A stretch of 64,000 nucleotides of DNA from Chrysomallon squamiferum. Lineage: Eukaryota; Animalia; Mollusca. A program made the position numbers and the translations under genes. Shown one piece after another: positions 9,204 to 61,759 of the stretch. The DNA lies in NCBI GenBank assembly GCA_012295275.1, contig CM022665.1, positions 23,932,001 to 23,996,000 of the forward strand, written 5' to 3'. Below the pieces are notes generated by a model. The model was not told the origin of the DNA. It saw only the letters and a program-made list of their open reading frames with translations, and made no database searches. Position 1 is the first letter of the stretch; each line of letters opens with the position of its first letter.

Positions 9204-11813
9204 GGAACAGTTTAAAACAATAATAAAACAAAAGAATTACTAATAGACATTTATTAGAATTTATTTTTGATTTATTTTATTTCATTGATTTTTGTTTTTC
9301 CATACGATTCATAACCCAAAATACGATTTCGTAAAATTACATATTGTTAATAAGTGTCAGTCTGATATATTTATAACGACAATAATAATGTTTGTTAGTA
9401 AAATAACGTTTATTAATAATATGTAAGCGAATGTATACATGACATAATTATTATCTCCTACTATCGTTTCATTCACATTTCGCCACTATAGACATCTACA
9501 AAACATCAGACACACACTGACAACTTCTAAACCGTGCAAAAAAATTAAACAGCAAAAAACCGCACACAACCGAAAAAAACACACAAAAAACACCACAATA
9601 AATAAAAAAAAACTACAACATCATAGTAATGTCTATATATATATGCATTTGTTTGTATTTATTATCATGTTTATTCAACTGTTACCTGTTTCGTTCTATA
9701 AGCATACCTCGGCATTAAAGTTCTTGAACATTCGCTCCAACAGAATATAAATTATATAAAATGGCAGTCGATACAGTAAGGTTTCTCTCCACAAGTGCCA
9801 TTCCTTATCAGCAATATCCTTAAAAAAAAAAAAAAAAGTCATTGTTGTTGTTGTTGTTATCTGGTTATTGTAACTTTTGTTGTTGCAGTTTTTATTATTA
9901 ATATTATTTATTGGTTACTGTTGCTGTTTTTTTTTTTTTTTTTTTTTTTTTTTTATTAATATAAATATATTAATAATATCATATCCTTAAAATTATTATT
10001 ATTATTATTATTATTAAATGTTGTAAATATAATATTATATTATTTTAATAATATGAGTAAAATTATTATTATGATTATTATTATTATTATCAATTATTGT
10101 TAATTGTTATTAGTATTATTAGTATTATAACTTGTGTCAGTCAATTCGAGGATTAATGTTATTACAGCGTTATTATTTTATCACATAAAATATATCATAC
10201 CAAAGTCGAGCATTTAAAGTAGATGCTTAATATTAATCCTTATGTGTAATGTATTTTTTTAGGAGACAAACTAAAAATAATTTTTGGCAAAACCTTCGCC
10301 ATATATGCATTACAAAAAGTATCTGAAGAAACTTTTATTTTCGGCGGATTCACATCATATTATAAACACCTAATAATTAGAATATAATTTGCAAGAAAAA
10401 AAGCGAAGAAAAATTAATTTTCGGGAAGGCTTTCATAATAAATAAAAGTGTGTAACCTCAATGGTATCGATCGATCGCGCTTTTGGGCCATCGATGAATT
10501 TCTTTGGAACCGATTTTTCCCTTCATGGCAAAGAAATAAACTATATACAGAAAAACCTCTGTGCATGAGGAAAATAGCCTTTATTTATTTTATTTTTTTT
10601 GAAATTTTCTCTAAGATGAGTATCAGAATCGATTTAATTTGAAGACGTTACCTAATCAAGAGAGAATAAGAGAGAGAAAATTATGATTTGGTTTATTATT
10701 TTATACAGACAACCATTATTTATGCTTGACGTGGGGTTTTTTTCTGGGTTTTTTTTTCTGAAAATATCAATAACAACAACAACAATAATTAAAAAAACAA
10801 AATACTATTTTTCTCCCAAGCCATGACACATGATCTGATAATGTGGACGTCATCCAAGGTGATCGATCTGAAAGTATAAAAAAAGCATCATTAGTAATAA
10901 CAACAACAATAAATAAAACGGTCCAGTGAATTTTTCAAGAATTATATCTGAAACCAGTACGAATTATATTTAATCAAAACAAATACAGTATTGTAAAAAG
11001 AATAAAGAGAAAGAAGAAAAAAAAAATCGTGTCCATTTTATATCTGACACCAATTTTCTGTTTTTATAGACTTTTTATCTTTTTTTATTTTCTCTGTCAA
11101 ATTGTTTGTTAAATATTATCCTATATGTTTTATATCTATCTATCTGTCTATCTATCTATCTGTGACTCTACATGTGTTCAGTTTTAACAATTTCCAACGT
11201 TTCCAGTCTAAACTACTGAATTGTACTTGTAAGATGATGTACTGAATTTGGTAGTAACTACTTTCTGGTGTCATTTTTTGGGGGCAGAATCCTAATTTCT
11301 CTTCAACATCCTTTTTTTCAGTATTGTTAAAGTTTGATGACTCTTTGCATAGCAGGCCTGGATTTAAGTAAAAGCTTTTTTTTGTTTTTAAATTTTTAAA
11401 TTTAAAAAAACACAGTTGCTTAAGAACTCACAGTCGAAGGAAGCCTCTGTGAATATCATATCAGTTACTAGATGACATTATTGTCTATTAGCATGTGTCA
11501 AACAGAGCCAATACATAACATGTAACTGTTGTTCAGTAGGTACGTTTATGACGAGATATTGGGGAGATCTTGGTAAAAGCCCTTATTTTAAGCTTCAATA
11601 GGTTTATATCATTATGTCATCCAGAGTTTAAAACTATATAAAAATCAAACCTATTGATTCCCAGTATATGCAGTATGCGAGATACAAGAATGTTGCAGCT
11701 TCGATGAAGATGTAGAAAGCGAGTTCTTTTTTTGAAAGTCGTATAAGAGAAGTTTTATCCTTTTGTAGTTCATCATCTTGTTTAATTACTTGTTTTTCTT
11801 CCTTCACTTTGCT
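4280..11813 (-). CDS. Gene B: HHAT-like MBOAT paralogue with catalytic His->Leu (HHATL-type); apparent frameshift; first exon/ATG not located
   Basis: Exons 5'->3': 11813-11651, 10867-10806, 9818-9708, 8992-8798, 8352-8030, 7580-7258, 6742-6707, 5628-5427, 4875-4734, 4386-4280. Motifs DIADKEWHLW, CTSFCLEK, YIFYFPLLHLSPI, LHYFY, FSDIWRTFDRG and RYIYIPLGG correspond to HHAT. Ends KTKTE*. Confidence 0.88.
4734..4875 (-). CDS. Gene B exon (FTPVWRRRLR)
   Basis: ttgcag|AAACCT...AATG|gtatgt, 142 nt. Same donor phase and position as gene A. Confidence 0.85.
5244..5353. repeat. (TACA)n microsatellite
   Basis: Seen directly. Representative of many (CA)n, (AG)n, (AAT)n, (GAA)n and (TACA)n tracts across the window. 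Confidence 0.95.
5427..5628 (-). CDS. Gene B exon with YIYIPLGG and NYLG (His->Leu)
   Basis: tcacag|...CTTGAG|gcaagt (GC donor), 202 nt, the same length as gene A exon 685-886. Confidence 0.88.
6707..6742 (-). CDS. Gene B 36-nt micro-exon (TFDRGIYEFNK)
   Basis: tttcag|...AAGAG|gtgagt, phase 2-2. Confidence 0.85.
7258..7580 (-). CDS. Gene B exon (FWAVFVDVCLHYFY...PALPRCL...FSDIW)
   Basis: acgtag|ATAAAT...TGGAG|gtaaca, 323 nt, open reading frame, HHAT core motifs. Confidence 0.88.
8030..8352 (-). CDS. Gene B exon (CTSFCLEK ... YIFYFPLLHLSPI), contains an apparent frameshift
   Basis: ttgcag|ATAACG...ATTCAG|gtaaaa. It is 323 nt between two phase-0 junctions, and the two conserved ends lie in different frames. 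Confidence 0.78.
8798..8992 (-). CDS. Gene B exon (transmembrane helices)
   Basis: tttcag|CAAAGA...GCTTTC|gttagt, 195 nt, hydrophobic. Confidence 0.8.
9708..9818 (-). CDS. Gene B exon (DIADKEWHLWR)
   Basis: tttaag|GATATT...GCCGAG|gtatgc, 111 nt. Matches the HHAT D-x-x-D-x-E-W motif. Confidence 0.82.
10806..10867 (-). CDS. Gene B exon (SWLGRKI)
   Basis: tttcag|ATCGAT...AAAATA|gtattt, 62 nt, phase 1-0, which links the flanking exons. Confidence 0.72.
11651..11813 (-). CDS. Gene B most 5' recognisable exon (LSKKELAFY, TM1)
   Basis: ttccag|AGCAAA...ATAG|gtttga. Resembles the HHAT N-terminal 'L.rwEL.lY' helix. No in-frame ATG, so an upstream exon is needed. Confidence 0.7.
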
Positions 11814-12815
11814 CTGGAACACAAAACAGGCAATATAAAGGTATTATCTATTTTATGTGATTTTTGTCACGTAGTCTGAACGTCTCTTAAAATCAAAAAT
11901 GTATGTTTAAAATAATTGTTTACATTACAGCTGTACAACTGATCGTCATCATTCATCATCATTATTATTATTTTTATCATTGTTATTGTCATTATTTATT
12001 TGTTTGTTTTTGAACGAAATATTTAAATCGTTTAATGTTGCTTAATTATTTTTCTTAATTGTATTTTAGAAAGCATTTTGCAGCGGAGAAAGATAATTAC
12101 ATTCTGAGATAATCAATTAATAAGTTGATTAGAAGGCTGTAACAAGTTGCAATTTCCGATTTCTGCACTTAACAAAAGTTTAAGAAATAAAAAACACATA
12201 CAAACACATATAAAAAACAAAATTATAAAAAATAATGAAAAATTAACAACAACAACAACAAATAATAATAATAATAAGTTTTATAAAATTAAAAAAAAAA
12301 GTTAAAATAAAATAAATTACAGAATCTGAAAAAAAAGAGTTTTCATAATTCGTTTTTCTAAATAAAACACGGATTATTATAATCTTATTTAAAAAAATAA
12401 TACAAGAGAACTGTTTGCATGTTTGCCTCTATGGTTATACTAAAATGATTCGAAAAATGTAGTAAGAAAAAAATGTTCTTATATTTTAATTGTATGCATG
12501 AATACGTGCATGTGTGGATGTATGCGTGTGTGTGTGTGTGTTTGGGTGTGTTCGTATGTATGTAGGTGTATTTCGTTCTGTCTACATTTATGCATAAATA
12601 TACAAACCATAAAGAAAAGCCTAACATGCATGCACAGGTATACTCACACCCACACGTGTTAGCATCAACGGTAAGAAGAAAATACTTTTGATTCTGTCTT
12701 CAAACTTTTATGTGATACCAGTACAGTAAGGATTAAAAATAAAATAATTTTATAGTGTACCTCTCTTGACACTACAAGTAATATATTTTCTTTGTATTTC
12801 CAAGTTATATTTTTA

Positions 12816-12863
<48 letters not shown>

Positions 12864-13084
12864 TATTTTATTTTATTTTATTTTATTTATTTATTATTAT
12901 TTTTTTAATTATTATTATTGTGGATTGAGGGTTGGGTCGCCGTTCACTTGTAATGAATAACGATGACTAAAAACAAAAAGTGTACAGTTTAAAGATATCT
13001 GATGTCATCGCTAAAAAGTTTCTTTATGTTGTCGGATTACATCCACAATGTTCTCGATGATACCGTGCTCCAGTTATGAAAAGT

Positions 13085-13094
13085 AAAATGGCGG
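13085..13094. promoter_or_regulatory. YY1-type motif AAAATGGCGG, candidate gene B promoter region
   Basis: Motif match about 1.3 kb upstream of the first recognisable gene B exon. The function is inferred only. Confidence 0.25.
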
Positions 13095-13907
13095 AATTCA
13101 AATGTTTTGTGGCAGTTCTAGTTCATAGTCATATATTTTATGATCGATAATAGATCTAATAAAATAATAAAATAATAACTTGGAAGTGTTAAGAATGTTA
13201 TTAGTACATATTATTCGTACCGCCATGGGTACACTTTGAAAAATTTATAGAAACAACAATGTTTTGTCACGGGATTTGTCGTTTGCTACTTGCAGTGGAT
13301 TGTTTAAACAATAACATGACAGAAACCAGTTGTCAAAATTTCATTGGTTACTATTTGATCGATAATACAGACACGTTTTTGACACCAGCTTTGGTAAAAC
13401 ATTTAGATTTAAATATAGAATAAAATTAAATGGGACAAAATGGCTTTTAAAGAAGTAATCTGAGATATTTGTAATGAAGTAATACTGTTCTAAATGTATT
13501 GTTTGCTTTTAAAACAAATTTGATTTTTTGTTTTTGTTTTAAGGGCCTATTTCTATCACGTCTAAAGAAATAATAATAATAATAATGAATACATTGACGC
13601 CAAGTGTGTCCACACGTGCTGTTAACTTTGTGAACTGGTTTGTGACAGCCTAGTAAGGAACGTTCAAGTATGTTGATCAACACACCGAAATACATTCTAT
13701 AGTTTGCACGTGCGTCTAGCAGTTGCCCCGTACACGTGTATGTGGTATCATTCTCGATTTTAACAGTTTCCAGGAAGGCCGATTAATCAGTTTGGAACAT
13801 TATTTCTGTTATATTTTTCATTCTGTTAATCATACAGTTGTTACTGGGGATATTTATAATTTTTTTTGATTTTTGATTTTTGATTTTTTTTGTTTTTTTA
13901 ATTTACG

Positions 13908-14605
13908 ATGCTGCGTATGCAACGTGATGAACATCTACAGACTATTGGCATGCTGCAAAAGGTCAGAAGACAGCATCTTCGGTGTTTCGAAGTCAGTAGT
14001 TAGCCCAAGATCTTGTCCCAGTCGTACAGGATCGATTCATCTGCAGCCAGACTCTAAGAAATCGAGCAGAAACGGCAAATTAAATTGTAGCAAGCCTTTC
14101 ATCGGGCTACTTATGTCCAAGTTACAGATCAGACAATTAGAAAATCTTCTTCTTTCTTGACGACCCCAGGTTGTGTCTACCTTTGATAAATCCTCACGTT
14201 GCTCACGGACCTGAATGGTGTACGGAGTATCAGAACTGAGTATTCGTCGCTGCTCACATGTCATGAGTTCAGAAGAGCCCCTATTCACTTTGGACTTCAT
14301 CGACAGGCATTGTCTGGACTGGCAACGACGAAACGAATGGCATACCAACGTCACAGTGCGATTTCGCGACAGACTGGGCAAATGGATTGGTTATAGTGTG
14401 AAGTGGTATCACTATGTCTGACAAACCTCCCCTACATGTTGTGGAAGTAAGGGTCATTGGGCTGTATTACCGGGACAATTTACTGACATCCTTTGTCGTC
14501 CCGTTTGCTGGACGTGTGTGTCTACGTTTTGTTTTAATCAGGTGCTGTAAGAAGAATGGAACAGACTCTTAAATAGCCACTGGGGGACTCATAAGCAGTG
14601 TGCTT
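13908..14605 (+). mobile_element. Highly decayed Tc1/mariner transposase remnant
   Basis: Across frameshifts and stops it reads MLRMQRDEHLQTIGMLQ, FGVSKSVVS..RTGS (HTH region), SHVMSSEEPLFTLDFIDR..WQRRNE, V*SGITMSDKPPLHVVE..YYRDNLL..VVPF and EEWNRL, colinear with Tc1 transposases. Confidence 0.75.
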
Positions 14606-14697
14606 CATTGGCTGAATGAATATCACTATTACTGATAAAAAAAAAAACAAGATCTTTTGTGGTCATGTAACCTACTGAACTACCGGACACATACAGA

Positions 14698-14760
<63 letters not shown>

Positions 14761-14933
14761 TTGGACATTTACAAAGGTGAGAAATGACAGAAAAACTATT
14801 ATAGCGTTCGGTATCCTGGGATAAATGTCTTGTAGAATTTTCATAGGAAAATTCTCTGGAATTGATTTACAACCTATTGTATGCTTCCACTTAACAACCT
14901 TCGTGTTTCTGTGTATATAACAATCTCTTATAA

Positions 14934-15016
<83 letters not shown>

Positions 15017-16269
15017 AAAATATAATTATCACACATATACTAAATTAATAGTAAACTTACCATGTTGTACAGATTTCCAATACTTTCTCGAGAAAAATAT
15101 GCACACGCGATTCACGTAGGTACAGTTACACAAAGAATGCTGCAAGTGGCATAGAATGTCACAAAAAGCAACATGGTGACAGAAACATCTGTTAATGATG
15201 TATTTATTCATGGCTATATTTGCATTCTATTTTTATACGCCATTTAAAATTTAAAAAAAAACACAAAACATGGCCAGTTTGAGATTTTTCGATAAATTTA
15301 ATGTAAAACGAGTTAAAATAAATAAATAAAGAAAGAAAGAAAAAAAAAAAAGGAACATAGGATTAACTCTGTGTAAATTCTAAAATACTTTCTTCAAATA
15401 AATTAACAAGAAACGCACATAAAACATTCTGGATAGAGAGACAGAGAGAGAAAGAGAGGAAAAGACAGACCGAGAAAAACAGAGAGAGAGAGAGCAACTA
15501 ATAATATTTACATTCAAATTCTCATCAATAATATTACATAACTATACCCACGTACAAGCTTTTTTTAACACAAAATATATATACATGCACGTACACACAA
15601 ACAATATGCTGTAGAAAACATTTTTAAAACCGTATCTTGCTGCTATGAATGAGAATAGATCTAGGCATAAAGCCGGCATATTTCAAATTAAAAAAAAAAA
15701 AAATGTGTTTGACAGCATATAACGATAACATTATAAAGTGTCGCGATGAATTAAATATTTATTCATTTCGTTAGCTTATTTATTTATTTATTTATTTATT
15801 TATTCATTCGTTTGTTCAGTCTTATATTTAGATCTTTTCTGACGCTTGAGATTACCCAGCAGTACATTTTACAATTATTACACCTTGGTAATCAGCAAAA
15901 TAATAAACCATGTATTCTGTTTAGATAAGCAAGTATCACAGGAGTAACCCGTTATTAAATACATTTCACTCGTACGATGGTGTGTAACGGGACTTGTTAA
16001 ATAAATACAGTCAAGACCGCATATAGCGTTTTCAAGCCTTTGTCATACCCAGCTGTTTACAACCGTTACATTAGAAACTAAAAACTAAATTCGTTCGCCT
16101 AGCTTGAATTATGTGGAGATAAACAGAAATAGAAACCTCTGCGGAAACGATGAAATAAATCGACAGATTAATATTTAATGTCCAGTCATAAAAAATTTAG
16201 ACTTTTGAACGAAATTCCACGGACTGTCGAGTACAGAGAATGATCAATCAAAAATGCGTAAAGAAAAAT

Positions 16270-16585
16270 GCACAGTAACAATAGCGGAACAACATATTGT
16301 TATATAAATATACTTGCGAATAGAAATACGTGTCATAAACAAAAACAATAACAATAACACAACATGTTGTTACATAAAACAGAAGTATGAATAGAAAGAA
16401 GTGCTATACACAAACATAACAACATACTGTTACACAAAATAATTGTATGAATAGAAATGTGTCATATACAGTAAGAATAACACAATAACCCAACATGTTG
16501 ATACATAAAATATGTGTGTGGATTAAAATAAGTGTCATATAGAATTAACAGTAACACAGTAACTCATTGTAATATAATACAATAA
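16270..16585. repeat. Degenerate ~60-70-bp tandem repeat (4-5 units)
   Basis: Recurring AATAGAAA..GTGTCATA..CAACATGTTG(T/A)TACATAAAA blocks. Confidence 0.6.
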
Positions 16586-17104
16586 CACACACACACACAC
16601 ACGCACAAAGAAGAACGACTGGGTCAGAAGTGAAATTTGAAACCTAATCAGCTGACCGTTACGTCACTATTTAGGTCGATACAAACACGTCCGAAGATTT
16701 CCGAGTCGGTTATTTTATGGCAGGGGTCTTGGGTTTCTATACGGTTGGTAAAGATTAGCATATAAAGTTGGTAAAGCGTTACAGACCTATATCTGGCGAA
16801 GAAAAAACAAGAAGAAGAAGAAAACAATAGCAACTGTATAATCAACAGAATGAAAAAGGTTGACAGAAATAATTTTCCACAGTCATTAATCAGCCTTTCT
16901 GGAAATTGTCAAAATCGAGAATGACACGCCAAGCACCTATACGGGGAAACTGCGTAATGCACGTGCAAACTGTGGAATGTGTTTCTGTGTGTTGATAAAC
17001 ATGCCTGAAGGTTCTTTATTAGGATGTCTGCGGTCAACTGATTAATATTTCATGTTCCTCTACTTTTTTACCTTTTTTTTTTTTTTTTTTTTTTTTTAGA
17101 AGAG

Positions 17105-17137
<33 letters not shown>

Positions 17138-17322
17138 TATATTATGTAAAAAATATGTATAATCGTTATGCGGCGTATATTACTCTTGTTAAAAGGTGTA
17201 TATATGTTCACGTGTGTGTGTGTGTGTGTGTGTGAAAAAACTGTTCACAATTTAAATGATTAAAAATTGCATTTGCTGTGTCATGAATTAATTCGACTTT
17301 TCACGAATGTTTTAATATGAAT

Positions 17323-17413
<91 letters not shown>

Positions 17414-17419
17414 GCGCGT

Positions 17420-17455
<36 letters not shown>

Positions 17456-19149
17456 GTTGGAAAGAACGATGTTGTAATTAGGAACAACATACGTGTATAG
17501 GTTTTCAATAAATTACATTTTATGTTAAAAAATCCTACATATCATCACTTTTTAAAATTCATCTGATTAACATTTATGAGTTACACATTGGATCTGTTAG
17601 ACTGCTGACGTGGAGAGTATCTATGACAAAAAAATCCGATTAAATTAAAAATATCTGAATTTACAATACAGCTATCTGTATTTCTCTGTTATATTTATCT
17701 CTGAAAGTGTGTGCAGTTATGTATGTATGTATGTATGTGTGTAGGTGTGTGTGTGTGTGTTTATGTATATATGTGTGTGTATGTGTATATATTTATTTCT
17801 GAAAGTGTGTGCAGGTATGTATGTATGTGTATGTGTGTGTGTTTGTGTGTGCGTATGTTTATGCATATATGTGTGTATACGAAATAAATATATATATATA
17901 TCAGAATCCAAATTTAATCTATTTAATTATCCTAAATATGTACGAAATAAACTTCGTGTCTGCTAACAGTCAGTTGTATTTATTCTTAAGAAAGATTAAA
18001 ATATGTGTCAGATATAAATTAGTCAGTCAAAGATGATTTTCAGTAAACCTTCAGAATATGGAAACACGTCCCCGCATCCAGAAAAATCCTTGGAAAAACT
18101 GAACCGGTTGCAATTTAATTATTCTTCTCACTTCGTTAAATTCGCCATTGTGCTGTTGCAGAATTATGTGATTATTAGTTAAACATTTGAGGGAAACGCA
18201 TTATTTATTAATGTACTGTATACCTTCTTCTTCTCCTTTCCTTTCTTCTTCTCCTTCTTCCGTTTCGTTTCTTTCTTTCTTCTTCTTCTTCTTCTTTTTT
18301 TGGTTTGTTTTTGTTTGTTTTGTTTATTTTTATGGAGAATTTGAATAATAATAAAAAAAAAAAAAAAAAAAAAAATTAAAAAATCCTAATGTATTATCAA
18401 AATGAATATTTGATACAACAGTGTATATAAATTACTTTACAAATAAAAACAATAAAACAAAAACAACAGTATAATTTTTAAATTAATTTAAAATGTATTA
18501 AGCAATTCAATGAAATTAAATAAATAAATTATTCGGCGGAGATAAGCCTTTTGTGACGTTTAGTCAGACTCCGACCACGAAAGCCCGGATGTAATGACAT
18601 CACAACCGGTATCTTCTCCGAACATAATAACAGTAATGACTGACCAAGGTTACACAGTTATGCGCGTTTAATGTGGTTGAACAAACATACCATTCCTAAC
18701 GCGTGTCCTAAATAATCCCCTAAGTTATTTATTATGAATAGATAATATTTTTTTTTTTTTTCTAACTATGTTACTTTTATTGACTGATAATTCTGTATTG
18801 AAAGCGATGTAGCATCTGTCAGTATACTGAACAAAAAAACAAAAATGTTTTACATGAACGTCGAATAATCGTTTAAATTATTTTGTGGATGTAGTTCTTT
18901 GCTGTAAGTAAGCGAAGTCATAACAACATGAGATGAAAACATTGCTTCAGAGAATTTAACGAACTTCTTTAAAACATACGATCTGCTGTTTTAAAGATCG
19001 GTGAAAGGGACCATGTTTAGAAACGAAACATGCTGGGTTAAATTATATTATTTGTTTTTAAGTAATAACAGTAAAGAAAACAAAACAACAACATTAAAAT
19101 AAATTAATATTAAGCTGTTTCTAATACCAAAAAAGAAATAGCACAAGAA

Positions 19150-19188
<39 letters not shown>

Positions 19189-19904
19189 CGACAACTCGAC
19201 CTTCTTTGTTTTCTTTCTTTTTTTTTTTTTTTTTGGGGGGGGAGGGGGGATTGTTTGTTTTTTGTTGTAATAATTTAAATAATAATAATAACACATCTAT
19301 TAATAACCAAAATTCGTGGTCTATATTTCTAAATATATAAATTACAGAAACTTTATAATCATTTATTTTCAATCAAACTGGTTAGGCGGTAGAAAGGGAG
19401 GCTCTTTTGAGGTTTGTTTAAACCTGTTGTTTTCTTTAATTTTCATGTTTGTGGTACGGAATAATGATTATAAACCCCAGTAATCTGTTTTTTCATGAAA
19501 GAAATCATTAACCACAATAAATATTAATACATCTTCTTCAGCCTTGCGCTCCAGGCATGGTCTGCCATGTTTAAAACGTACACATGCTGTGTGCTAGTGT
19601 AATTCCGTATCGATCCAATCACAGGTGAGAAACATGCGTTAATTATTAGATTAGCCGCATCGTGAAGTGAGCCATCGAACCAAAGTCATTATTCTGTGGG
19701 CCTCTTGACAAAATCTTTTTTCTTTTTTTTTCTCCCCCTGTAGTATCGCTAAAAGACGAGTGTTAAAATTAACAGGACTATTTCGGGTTTAGCTGTAATG
19801 GTTTTGGAAATAAGAAACAAGAAGTACGAAACAACGATATTAAACACAAGTGTATGTTCTTTCGCATTACAAAATGTCTACCCGCGCTGTCTGTCGTTTG
19901 CGCT

Positions 19905-19918
19905 GTAACCATGGCAAC
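19905..19918 (+). promoter_or_regulatory. RFX X-box GTAACC-AT-GGCAAC upstream of eag
   Basis: Exact match to GTNRCC(N0-3)RGYAAC, about 310 bp upstream of the eag ATG in a locally GC-richer segment. Confidence 0.55.
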
Positions 19919-19988
19919 AACAGCATCACTGCAGTCGCACTGGAAATCCGTAAATGATATAATTCACTTCACAAGCATAATAAGCGAT

Positions 19989-20000
19989 GGCGCATGCGCA
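19989..20000. promoter_or_regulatory. NRF-1/Ewg-type motif GGCGCATGCGCA
   Basis: Near-perfect match to YGCGCAYGCGCR, about 230 bp upstream of the eag ATG. Confidence 0.45.
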
Positions 20001-20230
20001 CTGACCGCTTGCCTTTATTAATGATTGATTTGGAATGAAGAGTTTTACCTGACGCAGGTAGAACAGTAAGATGTGGCACAGGTCGACACGCAGAGGATGG
20101 AACTGGTGAAAAATAAATAAGAGTCAACAATACCGAGACCCAAAATGGATTTTAACTGTTCGGACAGGTGTTTTCAGATGGACAGTGTAACAGAGAGTTA
20201 AGTACTTTAATTGGAAAATATCATTCCAAA

Positions 20231-59218
<38,988 letters not shown>

Positions 59219-59834
59219 ATTTAGTTAGATGTCCATATATTATGGACATGCTTATTCAAAGACAAAACGTAGATTTATTGTGTTCAGCCTTCGACGACAG
59301 TTTTGTGCAATTCAGTTCCGTCCAAAGGCAAAGTAACTTCACTCGATCCCGATATGTTGCAGTAAGTACCGATATGTTTGAGTGTGACCATTCATCTTGT
59401 GTTGATCGCCAGCTAAAGTTTGGATAATGACACAAGAAAAAGTAAGGTGTGGGTGAGTAACTGTTAGCTGAGGGAAATAAAATAATTTTGAATATCGTTC
59501 AGTTTGGACGAAACTCTCGTATCTTCTACATACCGATGCCATGTGTGCGGTGAGGTGTATTAAACAATCAAAACGTAATGGTGACAAAATATGGACCACC
59601 GACATTTGTATCCACATTATCATCCTGAAAGAAAACATTTATATTTAGTAGAAGAAAGAGTTGCTCGTATGTCATTGACAACACTGGTTTTATGTTTTAC
59701 ACTTGCTTTTACCTGTTTTATGGTAAAATATTAAGATTTTCTGTTCTAAGTTTCGACTTGGGGAAACAGTGGAATATCACCTTAGAGAGTCTCTACAGAT
59801 CCAGTGATGTCTGAATCATTTGTTGTTTAGAGAA

Positions 59835-59930
<96 letters not shown>

Positions 59931-60221
59931 TATCTGTTTTTTTTTCTGTCCTTATAACTTTCATTTTTTAGCTTGTGCCTAAAGCACAGGAACATACAAA
60001 ACGTACACATACGCACACACACACACACATACACACACACACACAAACGCATATATATATTATAGAAACTTTGTGATTATTTTGTGGGCTTTTATTTATT
60101 GACGCACTTTTATTGTTAAATCTGAAGTATTACATATAAATTTAAAATAATAATAATAATAATATATAAAAAAATAATTAAACTGAATTGACGCCCTTGT
60201 GCTAATTATTATTATTATTAA

Positions 60222-60265
<44 letters not shown>

Positions 60266-60804
60266 TTATTAAAATATTGATAACGGTGGATACAATATCT
60301 AACAGCCTCTAACACACGAATGTAGAAAAAGAAGTAGCAACAACAAAAAAGTACTTAGTTTTCATAGTTTTCATTCTTTGTCAGTGTAAGATGGAACACT
60401 GGATGGTATGATTATCTCATGATACTTTTCTTTATTTTCTCAAAAATATTAAAAAGATTAGACACATTAATCACTCGGGTTACATGCTGGATCATGTACA
60501 ATGTATTTTTTTTTTCTTTTAAAAATTAAAAAATTACTTTTATTTTTTTCCCAAACATTAGCTATTTACAGTTTTTAACTTATTTCATTTTACTTGTCAG
60601 TACATAGGTCCGGTTTCTGTGAAGTCGGGTAATCAAAATGTCAAAATACAATAATGAAATATAAATAAGTATTTCAAAATATATTAAAAAAAAATTGTCT
60701 TTATAATATATAAATATTTTGTTTCAATTCCTTTTACTTCGTATCCATTCCAATATTTTAGAAAATAACCTTTATTATTCTTATTATTATTCGTATTCTT
60801 ATTC

Positions 60805-60872
<68 letters not shown>

Positions 60873-61759
60873 TAATTTTTAACTATTATTTTAAAATTTA
60901 TTCAAAAGATTCTCGCTGTTTCATTTTCACCGTTTTATTTTCTTATTTACCTAGTTAATAGGTTTTCATTACTCTAACAATTTTTTTCTCTATTGTTTTT
61001 GTTTATCAACAAGGAAATTGACGTGTAAATAAAATCAGATTAAAATTCCACCTAATAACATTCCAACTCGACGCACAGTCTTTATTAATTGTTCTCAAAA
61101 ACCCATTCTCATTCTGCAAATGTCACTTGATTTGTTGAGACACTTTTAATTATTTTTCATAATCTGTATTAAGCTCACTTTAAACGGTTTATATAATTCA
61201 CAAAGAAGAATGAATCTGACATTTTAATCCAGTACACTGTTTTTGTAGTGAAAAGAAAAAGGTTCGTCTGAAAGCTCTTTCGATTAGTTTGTATAGAGCG
61301 ATGGAGGATAGTATTCAAATTGCTCGTAAACCACTAATTAGTAATGATTATAAAATCGCTGTTAATCGGTTTAAATAACGTATCTGCCACGTTTTTTTAT
61401 AAATATATTTTGAATAATTAATTAATCCCTGAGGTTTCGGGCTTAACGTCCATAATTTCAATTTTGTTTAAAATGATTTGTTATTATTATTATTATTATT
61501 TTATAACGGAAAATTTGAAATTTTGTCTTATTGTTTTTCACTGATGTCTTTCAGAATTAAAACTGGGTATGACGATTGTTCCAGTGTTGTTCTCGTAGAA
61601 TAAATGACCACATTGTTTATCTCTGTTAATTAACAACGTGTTAATTTTACCTCGTTGTTTCTTTTCTTATTACATTCATGCCTCGTTTTAAATCTTAAAA
61701 TAAAATAATTATAATTAATGTTGTTCGGGTGTTCTAATTACAAATGTGCATTTGCACCT

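Noticed and set aside
9686-9707. Stronger-looking donor CAG|gtaac for the gene B exon
   Set aside because: Using it would include an in-frame TAG. The GAG|gtatgc donor at 9708 keeps the frame.
20168-20230. In-frame N-terminal extension of EAG from GTG 20168
   Set aside because: It is a non-ATG start, and the family-conserved N-terminus MPG.RRGLVAPQNTF begins at 20231.
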